A stretch of 20,000 nucleotides of DNA from an uncultured virus (IMG/VR IMGVR_UViG_3300034279_000149) (taxonomy: Duplodnaviria > Heunggongvirae > Uroviricota > Caudoviricetes), in IMG/VR virus record IMGVR_UViG_3300034279_000149, one strand, 5' to 3'. The translations under genes were made by a program, and so were the position numbers. The notes below the pieces were generated by a model. It worked only from the letters and a program-made list of their open reading frames with translations. It did not search any database and had not been told where the DNA came from. Every line of letters begins with the position of its first letter. The stretch's first letter is position 1. Below, piece by piece: positions 8,183 through 16,607 of the stretch.

Positions 8183-10569
8183 GCTTTTTAAAATCTAAAC
8201 ACAGCGGTTGGACTTGGGACTTAAAACGCACACCTTTTGCAGGTGGAGGCTCAGGTGGTGGCGGACCCACTCAAACTACGGTTTCTAATACCAATATTCC
8301 TGAGTATGCTCGCCCCTATGTAGAGACAATGCTTGGCACTGCCCAGCAACAAATATATAACTATGGGCCCCCCGATGCTCAAGGTAACAGAACAGTTACA
8401 GGCTTTAAACCATATATACCTTACGGCGCTACGGTAGATGCCTATGGAAATATTACTAATACAGCACAAGAACAAGCCAGCGCAGCAGTAGCTGGATTTA
8501 GCCCATTACAGCAACAAGCTCAAACTAGTGTAGGTCAGCTACGGGTTCCTGGACAGTTTGATACAGGCACAGGATTTGCCGCTTTAGGTGGTATCGGCGC
8601 AGCTAATATTGCAGAACGTGCCGCTGGTGCAGGGGAACAATATAACCAAATGGCCACAAATCCATATGCGCAACAAGCGTTTATGTCGCCTTATATTCAA
8701 AACGCATTGCAGCCACAGCTTCAAGAGATGCAGCGTCAGTATGACATTACAGGTTTGCAAGAGCGTGGTAAAGCCGTTGGTGCTGGTGCATTTGGTGGAA
8801 CTCGTCAAGCACTCATGCAAGCTGAAAACCAGCGTAATAAGAACATGGCTATGAACCAAGCGATTGGCTCAGGTTATCAAAATGCTTTCCAAGCAGCACA
8901 ACAAGCCCAGCAGTTTGGTGCTAACTTAGGTCTTCAAGGCTACGGTACTGCCCTTCAAGGTACAGGTCAACTGGCTCAAGCTGGTAGAACATTAGCCGAT
9001 ATTGGCGGTGCCCAGCTTCAAGCCCAGCAAGGCATTATTGGATTGCAATCTCAAATGGGTGGACAACAGCAGCAACTTGAGCAACAACGTATTAATCAGG
9101 CTATCCAAAATTACGCTATGCAGCAGCAGTACCCACAACAACAGCTGGCATTTATGTCTGGATTAACTCGTGGTTTACCATTGCAATCGGCTACTACACA
9201 GTCTTATCAAGCTGCTCCTTCGGCGATTTCACAAATTGGTGGACTTGGCTTAACTGGCGCTGCAGCATATGGCATGATGAAAAAAGAAGGCGGCATCATT
9301 AAGTCTTATGCCGAGGGTGGTGCAATTGAGGGTACAGAAGACTTTGCAAGTGGTGGTATTACTCGCAAGGTAATGTTAAATCCTGATAAGTATTCCACAC
9401 AGATGATTGACCGTGGTGTTAAAAGCGGGGTTATTGACGACATCGTTGGTCTAGCTGCACTGCAGCAGAAAAATCAAGAAACTAAGGATCGTCAAGCTGC
9501 CGCTGCTATGGCACAGGGTACACCCCCTACGGTTAAGGACCAGATCCTAGCCGAAGCCCAGCAGCTTCAAGGTATTGACAACGCACCTAGCAATCTACCT
9601 ACTGAATACGCTGGTGGCGGTATTGTTGCTTTCCAAGAAGGCGGCAGCACTATGGGTGGGTTTGAAACCGAACTTAGCCCACAAGCGCTTGCTGCGGACG
9701 AAGAACGTCGTAAAGAAGCAGAGAAACGGTCGTATGCTTCCATGCTTGGCTATACAAAACCAGAGGCAGCAGCAGCCCCAGCTGAAGTCCCTGCTAAACC
9801 CGACACAGGTATTCGGATTCTCCCCGATGAACCTAAAGCTAAGCCCTCAATAATGAATGCGCCAGCGGCAGCACCTGCTAAAGATACTGGTATGGGTGCG
9901 GGGGGTATTGATGACTTAATTCGTCAATCTATTGGTGATATAAGAACAAGCGCACAAGCATCTAAAGACGCACGTAAAGAAGCTAAGTTAATGACTATGC
10001 TTCAGGCTGGTCTCGGTATTGCAAGCGGAACATCACCTTATGCTCTAGCTAACTTAAAAGGCGCTATGCCTGCTCTGCAAGGCTATCAAGAAGAAATGCG
10101 TGGTATTCGTGGTGACGAGGCTAAACAAATTGCTCAGATCGCTGCACTCAACCTCAAAGGTGCAGAGCTTAAGCAAGAGCTTGATAAGCTGGGTATTACT
10201 AAAGAACGCTATGAATCACAAAATAAAGTAGATGCAGCAAGAGCTCAATACTTACTTGGCGGTAAAGGTGCAGGACAAGGTATTGCTAATTACGGACCTG
10301 TTACCAACGAAGCCTATTTAAAACTTAAAGATCAGTACGCAAACTTTGCGCTTAATCCTAAAGCAAACCCAGCATTTTATGCGTCGTTACCTCAACCTGT
10401 TAAAGATGCTTTAAAAGCAAAAGTCGGCACACCTTCTTATGAGCGGGGTTTAGAAAAGGCTCGAGAGATTGCCAACCAACAATTTGCTGCCGATATAAAT
10501 GCAATGCGTACACTATCAGCTAGAAAAGGTCCGAGCGCTTCAGCCCCTTATAATCCAGCACTAGAGTAA
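8179..10569 (+). CDS. DNA ejection/pilot protein (P22 gp7-like N-terminal part with a long C-terminal extension)
   Basis: 20-aa leader followed by AGGGSGGGG, an IPEYARPY motif, a Gln/Ala-rich helical region with GAFGGTR, and Gly-rich amphipathic segments. Confidence 0.7.
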   Translation: MSFLKSKHSGWTWDLKRTPFAGGGSGGGGPTQTTVSNTNIPEYARPYVETMLGTAQQQIYNYGPPDAQGNRTVTGFKPYIPYGATVDAYGNITNTAQEQASAAVAGFSPLQQQAQTSVGQLRVPGQFDTGTGFAALGGIGAANIAERAAGAGEQYNQMATNPYAQQAFMSPYIQNALQPQLQEMQRQYDITGLQERGKAVGAGAFGGTRQALMQAENQRNKNMAMNQAIGSGYQNAFQAAQQAQQFGANLGLQGYGTALQGTGQLAQAGRTLADIGGAQLQAQQGIIGLQSQMGGQQQQLEQQRINQAIQNYAMQQQYPQQQLAFMSGLTRGLPLQSATTQSYQAAPSAISQIGGLGLTGAAAYGMMKKEGGIIKSYAEGGAIEGTEDFASGGITRKVMLNPDKYSTQMIDRGVKSGVIDDIVGLAALQQKNQETKDRQAAAAMAQGTPPTVKDQILAEAQQLQGIDNAPSNLPTEYAGGGIVAFQEGGSTMGGFETELSPQALAADEERRKEAEKRSYASMLGYTKPEAAAAPAEVPAKPDTGIRILPDEPKAKPSIMNAPAAAPAKDTGMGAGGIDDLIRQSIGDIRTSAQASKDARKEAKLMTMLQAGLGIASGTSPYALANLKGAMPALQGYQEEMRGIRGDEAKQIAQIAALNLKGAELKQELDKLGITKERYESQNKVDAARAQYLLGGKGAGQGIANYGPVTNEAYLKLKDQYANFALNPKANPAFYASLPQPVKDALKAKVGTPSYERGLEKAREIANQQFAADINAMRTLSARKGPSASAPYNPALE

Positions 10570-10578
10570 GGAATAACC

Positions 10579-13500
10579 ATGGCGCGAGTAGAAATCCCAG
10601 GAGTAGGTATTGTCCAGTTTCCTGATAGTATGCCCCGTGACGAAATTATGGCTCGGGCAGAAGCCATGCAGTCTCAAGCTAACAAACCGCTACTTGATCC
10701 TAGGGACTTGGGTGCTGGACAGCTACTCAAAGGTGGTTTTAGCCGTGGCATAGAGGGTTTAAAAGGCACAGCCCTTGACCTTATTCCAGCACTGGGTGGA
10801 TCTCTTTTTGGTAAAGACGAATACGCTAAAGAGCAGATGCAGGAATACCGAGACCGTATGGCGGCTGAAGAAGCTATTAATCCTACGGCGTATAAAGGCT
10901 TTAAAGACATTCAGGGTATTGGTGATTTTGGTGGGTTCGTTGCTGAAACTACTGGTGAAGTTGCAACCGACATTGCCTCATTCTTGCTAGGCGCTGGTGC
11001 TGGTACTCTTGCAGGTAAGGCGATTGCTAAGAAAAGCGCAGCCGCAGCATTAAAAGAGAAGTTGCCTGAGCAGGTGGCTAAAAGACAATTAGCAGAAGAT
11101 GTAGCTAGTAAACTAGAACAGCGTGTTTTAAGCAGTGCTGCAGCGCAAGGCGCCAATATTGGCAGCACCGTTGGTCTGTTTGGCACGTCCATGGGTCAGA
11201 GTATCCCTGAGACCCTTAACAGCATTTATGAAGAAACACAGGATTTAGCCCCTGGATTAGCGATTACGTTTGGTTCGCTTAAAGGCGCATTAGATACATA
11301 CTTACCTAGCAAGATCTTAAAACAACTTGGACCCGCAGGTAAGGACCGTGTTGCAGCAGCAATGCTAGAGAAATCTGACCTTGTTCCAGTTAACTTTAAG
11401 CGTGCCTTCCTTACTGAACTTGCTAAAACTAGTGGCGGCGAAGCAATAACTGAATCTACACAGCAAGCGATTGACATAGTTGCAGCACAAGTAGCTGGTG
11501 GTAAAGATCCGTTCTTCTCGCCAAAAAACATTGATAACATCTTGTTTGCAGGTCTTAAAGGTGCAGTAGGTGGTGGTACATTTGGTGCTCCTGGCGCAGC
11601 CATGGAAGCTAGCCGTGCTAAGTCCGCCGCCGCAGCTGAAATTAATCGCCGTGCACAAGCTGGCGAAATTACAAAAGAAGACCAACAACAGCAGCTTCTT
11701 GCCTTAGAATACAAACCGTTTACTCCTGTAGCTTTACCTGATGGCACCGTTATCACGACCCAGGAAGAACTCGATGCGTATGAACAGCGTCAGTTTGACA
11801 GTAGGTTTGCCCCACAAGATGCGGATAAAGCGGCTCCTTTACAGTTGGGTATGTCTACACCAACTATGCCTGTAGGACCAGAAGGCCAGGTATACCCAGA
11901 CATCCAGACAATGCGGGCTGAGCAAGAGCGTCAAGCAGCTCAAGCAGAACAACAAGCGTTTGAAGCACGTACTGCACCGCAAAATGTTGAAGGTTATCAA
12001 CCTGATCTGTTTCCGCAAGAACTAGAGTTAGCTCAGGCACAAGAAAACGTAGGTGGTTTACCCCCTACAATCGACCAAGCACTAGCTGGACCACCTACTG
12101 GACCCCTTGCTTCACGGGAGTTTACAACCTCTGGGCTTACACCAGATGTAGCTTCCGCCGAATTTAAAACGGTGCTTGATGCAGATTCTTTGAAGGGAAC
12201 TGGTCTCACACCACAGTCTGGTTTTTACAAAAAACTTCTTAACAAAGACTTAACTGATCCCGCTGACCAGGCGGCTGTACGTGACATACTTGTACAAGTA
12301 AGAACAAACCCCAATTTATCCAATTCGACTAAACAAGCCGTTGAGAGTCTTGCATTACAGGCATTTGGTGCGCTTGGGCAGCAGACTAATGTTGTCGGAC
12401 CCCGAGGCGGTATAAGGAGAGACGTAAATTATGGAAGAAATCAACCTGGATCACCTGTCAGTGAAGCAGATCGAGAGAGCGTTCAAGTACCTAGCGAATC
12501 CGTACGAGAGGAATCCACCGCAGGAACTGGAGAACTTGGACAAGAAGGAGTGGTACCAACTGGAGGCACTACTAGTGAGCTTGGAGACGGAAAAACAATT
12601 CAGTCAGGTACATTAGAGGATCAGATAAATGAGTCCAAAACTGAGGCTAAAACTGCTAAGCCTGCTGCTGAAGCTACCCCTGCCAAAAAAGCTACTGCAA
12701 AAGCTACTCCGCCTGCTGCTCCTAAAAAATTAACCAGACAAGAACGTGGGTTCTTAGAGGATCAAGTACTTAGCTTAAGAGCTGACTATAGTCTAGCTAA
12801 AGACCCAGAAACTAAGGCAGCCATTAAAGCAGAGATTGATGCTACTGAGCGTGATCTTAAACAAGGTAAGGCACAAGTAGGTGAAGGTGCCGCTGCGTTT
12901 ACAGGTGATGTAGCTAAGCTGGCAAAAGATTTACGTGCTGCCCTAGATAAGATGGGACTTGGCGGTATTGGCTTAAGATTAGAAAAGGCGCTTACTACTA
13001 CAGAGGGTACAAGTGCCCAAGGTATGTATGCTAATAAGGTGATTCAAGTTGCTTTAAACGCAAACGATCCAACTTATACTCTTAACCACGAAGCTCTGCA
13101 TGCTATGAAAGAGATGGGATTCTTCTCCAATGCGGATTGGAACATCTTAAGCAATATGGCACGTAATACTTGGATGAAGCAGTACGGTATTGAAGCCAAG
13201 TACCCTGACCTTTCTAAAGAATCACAGATTGAAGAAGCTATTGCTGAAGCCTTTGCAACTTTCCAACAGCAGTCATCACAAACCCAAAGCATATTAACTA
13301 AGGCTATAAACGCTTTACGTAGGCTTGGTAACTTCTTGCGTGGGTATGGCTATCAAGTATCTGAAGATATTCTCGGCAAAGCTGCTAGTGGGCAGTTGGC
13401 TAAAGATCGTGCCAACATAATCAAAGAATTCAACAACTACCTAGATACAATCCCCAACAGCGAGGTTAAGTATCAGGTTGCCGCACAGAAAGAAATCTTT

Positions 13501-16251
13501 ACAGGTGTAGATAAGGTTATTCGTGCCGTACCTAACTTAAGCAATAATCAGAAAGCTGCAATAAGCGAGGGTATAAAAGTTGCAGGTGATGCGGGCAAGT
13601 CGGCTATTCTGTCTTTACTGCCTATGCACGCTTTGGGTGAGGTAGCTGATGGGGTATTTCCCCGCCTTGGCACAACGTTCAATCGTTTAATTAACCAGCG
13701 TAGTGGCTATCAAGATACCCTAAATCGTGGGATCGACTCCGTTATTACTGAGGCTAAACGGGCAATTAAAGCCAACCCAGAACAGCATAAAGCGTTTGAT
13801 ACGCTGGTTAACACAAGCACTGTTGAGGAAGTAGACCCAACCAACCTACGTTCTAAATACGAGAACGACCCAGAGAAACTAGCTACCTACGACAAACTTG
13901 TTAAAGAGTACACCAAGCTAGATAAAGTTTGGAAAGACCTTTATGTCACCATGCGTGGTGGCTACAAGCAGATGTACGAAGAAGTTAAGAAGGCGATTAC
14001 TACTCGAATCGACGATACTGATTTAGATGCAACTACCAAAAAAAGCGTTAAAGATAGCATTTTATTAAAGCTCGCTGAGCAGGGCATGATTGAGCCCTAC
14101 TTTGGTTTAGGTCGTGAAGGTTCTTATTGGCTTGCTGCTGACTATAAAGATAAGTCTGGACAGCAACAAACTACCGTAGAAGCGTTTAAGTCTGACTACG
14201 AGCGTAAGAATCGCATGGAACAGTTGCAAGCCATGGGTGCTACTCGTATTGAGCCCTATGCCAACGTAGCTGCGGTTAACTATCGCCGTGCACCTTCTGG
14301 CTCGTTTGTAAGTAGTGTTCTGAATATTTTAGAAACAAACAAACCTAAAGACGATGTTGCTGCTAAGCGCTTTGATACAGCCATCGACGAGATGATGCGT
14401 CTGTTCCTAACCACTTTACCTGAGACTGCATTTGCGCAGTCGTTCCAAAAGCGTAAAGGTACTGCTGGTTACATGGAAGATACTATCGGCGTCTTTGAAC
14501 GTAAGATGCGTAACAGTGCACATCAGGTAGCTAATATGGTTTACAGCCCTAAATTAACTGGGGTGGTAGATACAATGCGGGAGCAGACAGCTACAGCGGG
14601 TGCTAGTGGACAAGGTAATGCGCTTCAAAAAGAATACCTATCCGAGTTTGAAAAGCACCTGGATTATGTACTTAGCCCAACCAAGAATGACATCGGCAGT
14701 ATTCTGACCTCGGCAGCGTTTACCTACACTCTCGGCTTTAACGTATCTTCTGCGTTAGTCAACATGGCTAACATACCAATGATCGTAGCTCCATATCTTA
14801 AGGGTAAATACGGCGATGCTTCCGTAGCCCGTGCAATAGGTGATGCGACTAAGGCGTTTACTGGTAGCGGAACAAAAACGAACATGCCTGTAATCGGTGC
14901 TGACGGTAGAACTACCGCTATGCGTGTAATGCCTTCTATTACTAACTATGCACCTGATTCAGAAATGGGTAAGCGTTACGCTACGTTGATTCGTATTGGT
15001 AATGAGCAGGGACAGTTCAACCGTTCACAGCTTTATGAGATCCTGAATGCCGACACCCGCACGGGAGTAATGGCTAAGTTCAACGCTATATCTGGCTGGA
15101 TGTTCCACCACGGCGAACGTATGAACCGTGAAGTTACCCTAGTATCTGCGTACAACCTTGAGCTGGATCGCCTTAAAAAGCAGGGTATTACTGGACCAGA
15201 GGCAGAAGCCCAGGCAGCGCAAACCGCTATCTATACAACTGAGTTAACAAACGGTGGTATCTCCGCCGCTGCGGCCCCACGCATTGCTCAGAATTCCCTT
15301 GGTAAGATCTTTTTCATGTACAAGCGGTACGGTATTTCGATGTACTACATGATGTTTAAGACCGCCAAAGAAGCCTTGAAAGGCGAAACTCCAGAGGTGC
15401 GTCAAGCCGCATTTAAGCAATTAGGTGGAATCGTCGGTATGTCTGCATTGATGGCTGGTGCACAGGGTATCCCCATGTTCGGTGCATTGTCCTTGGTATA
15501 TAGCTTGTTTACCGATGAAGATGAAGACAATTTAGATGCAGTTACTCAGAAGACTTTAGGCGATTTCTTATACAAAGGTCCTTTGGAGTACCTAACCAAC
15601 CTGTCGATTGCTGGTCGTATTACGCTAAACGACTTAATCATTCGTGATGCCCCACAAAGCAACGCATCGACCTTTACCCAGCAGGTGATACAAGCCATAG
15701 GCGGACCTGTATTCGGTGTTGTTGACCGTGTATCTAGGGGTTACAGCAAGATAAACGAGGGTAATTTTGGGCGAGGCATAGAAGACTTATTACCATCCGC
15801 TGTTTCCAACGGATTTAAAGCGCTTCGTTATGGCTCTGAAGGTACTAAGACGTTACGTGGTGATCCTATTACTGGAGAAGTTAGCCTCTTTAACGTGGTT
15901 GGTCAGGCACTTGGTTTTGCCCCTGCCGATTACACCCGTCAGGTTGAGATCAACGCCCGTGAAAAAGGTATTGATAAAGCAATTAGCACGCAAGCCAGTA
16001 AGCAGAAGCAGAAGTATTACATGGCTAAACGTGAAGGCGATATAGAGGGTATGGAAGAAGCTCGGGAAAAGCTACTTGAAATTGGTGCTAAACACCCTGG
16101 TTTAGAGATTACCCCTGGCAATGTGAATGATGTACTGAACCGATCTATGAAGGCGCAGGAACGTGCGACTAACGATATGATTAACGGGGCTAGGTACAAC
16201 AAGAAGCGCCTTGAAGAAATCAAAGCCAGCCTAGCTGAATACGAAGATTAA
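10579..16251 (+). CDS. Large internal virion/ejection protein (polyvalent-protein-like) with a zincin HExxH motif
   Basis: TAAGGA SD. 1890 aa with Gly/Ala hydrophobic hairpins in the N-terminal part, HEALH at residues 837-841 and a downstream EEAIAE, and hydrophobic C-terminal segments. Last gene of the late operon. Confidence 0.75.
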   Translation: MARVEIPGVGIVQFPDSMPRDEIMARAEAMQSQANKPLLDPRDLGAGQLLKGGFSRGIEGLKGTALDLIPALGGSLFGKDEYAKEQMQEYRDRMAAEEAINPTAYKGFKDIQGIGDFGGFVAETTGEVATDIASFLLGAGAGTLAGKAIAKKSAAAALKEKLPEQVAKRQLAEDVASKLEQRVLSSAAAQGANIGSTVGLFGTSMGQSIPETLNSIYEETQDLAPGLAITFGSLKGALDTYLPSKILKQLGPAGKDRVAAAMLEKSDLVPVNFKRAFLTELAKTSGGEAITESTQQAIDIVAAQVAGGKDPFFSPKNIDNILFAGLKGAVGGGTFGAPGAAMEASRAKSAAAAEINRRAQAGEITKEDQQQQLLALEYKPFTPVALPDGTVITTQEELDAYEQRQFDSRFAPQDADKAAPLQLGMSTPTMPVGPEGQVYPDIQTMRAEQERQAAQAEQQAFEARTAPQNVEGYQPDLFPQELELAQAQENVGGLPPTIDQALAGPPTGPLASREFTTSGLTPDVASAEFKTVLDADSLKGTGLTPQSGFYKKLLNKDLTDPADQAAVRDILVQVRTNPNLSNSTKQAVESLALQAFGALGQQTNVVGPRGGIRRDVNYGRNQPGSPVSEADRESVQVPSESVREESTAGTGELGQEGVVPTGGTTSELGDGKTIQSGTLEDQINESKTEAKTAKPAAEATPAKKATAKATPPAAPKKLTRQERGFLEDQVLSLRADYSLAKDPETKAAIKAEIDATERDLKQGKAQVGEGAAAFTGDVAKLAKDLRAALDKMGLGGIGLRLEKALTTTEGTSAQGMYANKVIQVALNANDPTYTLNHEALHAMKEMGFFSNADWNILSNMARNTWMKQYGIEAKYPDLSKESQIEEAIAEAFATFQQQSSQTQSILTKAINALRRLGNFLRGYGYQVSEDILGKAASGQLAKDRANIIKEFNNYLDTIPNSEVKYQVAAQKEIFTGVDKVIRAVPNLSNNQKAAISEGIKVAGDAGKSAILSLLPMHALGEVADGVFPRLGTTFNRLINQRSGYQDTLNRGIDSVITEAKRAIKANPEQHKAFDTLVNTSTVEEVDPTNLRSKYENDPEKLATYDKLVKEYTKLDKVWKDLYVTMRGGYKQMYEEVKKAITTRIDDTDLDATTKKSVKDSILLKLAEQGMIEPYFGLGREGSYWLAADYKDKSGQQQTTVEAFKSDYERKNRMEQLQAMGATRIEPYANVAAVNYRRAPSGSFVSSVLNILETNKPKDDVAAKRFDTAIDEMMRLFLTTLPETAFAQSFQKRKGTAGYMEDTIGVFERKMRNSAHQVANMVYSPKLTGVVDTMREQTATAGASGQGNALQKEYLSEFEKHLDYVLSPTKNDIGSILTSAAFTYTLGFNVSSALVNMANIPMIVAPYLKGKYGDASVARAIGDATKAFTGSGTKTNMPVIGADGRTTAMRVMPSITNYAPDSEMGKRYATLIRIGNEQGQFNRSQLYEILNADTRTGVMAKFNAISGWMFHHGERMNREVTLVSAYNLELDRLKKQGITGPEAEAQAAQTAIYTTELTNGGISAAAAPRIAQNSLGKIFFMYKRYGISMYYMMFKTAKEALKGETPEVRQAAFKQLGGIVGMSALMAGAQGIPMFGALSLVYSLFTDEDEDNLDAVTQKTLGDFLYKGPLEYLTNLSIAGRITLNDLIIRDAPQSNASTFTQQVIQAIGGPVFGVVDRVSRGYSKINEGNFGRGIEDLLPSAVSNGFKALRYGSEGTKTLRGDPITGEVSLFNVVGQALGFAPADYTRQVEINAREKGIDKAISTQASKQKQKYYMAKREGDIEGMEEAREKLLEIGAKHPGLEITPGNVNDVLNRSMKAQERATNDMINGARYNKKRLEEIKASLAEYED
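12431..12616 (+). CDS. Small 61-aa protein overprinted in the +1 frame of the 1890-aa gene
   Basis: ATG start with TAAGGAG at 12413-12419. The product looks like two amphipathic helices, while the host frame over this stretch is a low-complexity linker. Confidence 0.65.
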   Translation: MEEINLDHLSVKQIERAFKYLANPYERNPPQELENLDKKEWYQLEALLVSLETEKQFSQVH

Positions 16252-16278
16252 AAAAATCCCCACGGTTAGGTGGGGATT
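16250..16278 (-). terminator. Intrinsic terminator of the replication arm at the convergence point
   Basis: 9-bp stem AATCCCCAC (16255-16263) / GTGGGGATT (16270-16278) with a 6-nt loop. The A-run at 16250-16256 gives a U-tract on the - strand. Confidence 0.8.
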
Positions 16279-16334
16279 CAAGGGGTTCCTCACGTCTGGA
16301 GAACTAGCAACAGGAGAGTTGCCTAGAAAGTATA

Positions 16335-16607
16335 TTACAAAATTCGCCAAAAACGCATACCTAATTTTCCAGATTCAATTCGATCAAATCCTTTGATTCG
16401 CATTTGCTTATTGTTTGCAACCTTTTGCATCTGTTTGTTTAACCTTGTTAAGTTAACCGCAGGAATAAAAACTGAAGTGCCTATCTCAAAAGCACCCCAG
16501 TTAATATCAATAACCACTCCGTCAGGACAGACTTGCCCCTCCCTCATCACCCTCAAGGGTGGCCTTGTGTTGCGCTGCTGCGGCGATTTCTTCTTCTCGG
16601 TCATCAT
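16335..16607 (-). CDS. Small hypothetical phage protein (start uncertain)
   Basis: Protein-like core INWGAFEIGTSVFIPA...IESGKLGMRFWRIL. Ends just before the terminator and overlaps the 3' end of the primase-helicase gene. Confidence 0.65.
   Translation of the reverse strand: MMTEKKKSPQQRNTRPPLRVMREGQVCPDGVVIDINWGAFEIGTSVFIPAVNLTRLNKQMQKVANNKQMRIKGFDRIESGKLGMRFWRIL

Noticed and set aside
10674..13292. Minus-strand ORFs inside the 1890-aa gene (e.g. 11226..11756) and + strand ORF 10775..10990
   Set aside because: Their composition mirrors the codon bias of the host gene and they lack a convincing SD/ATG, unlike 12431..12616.
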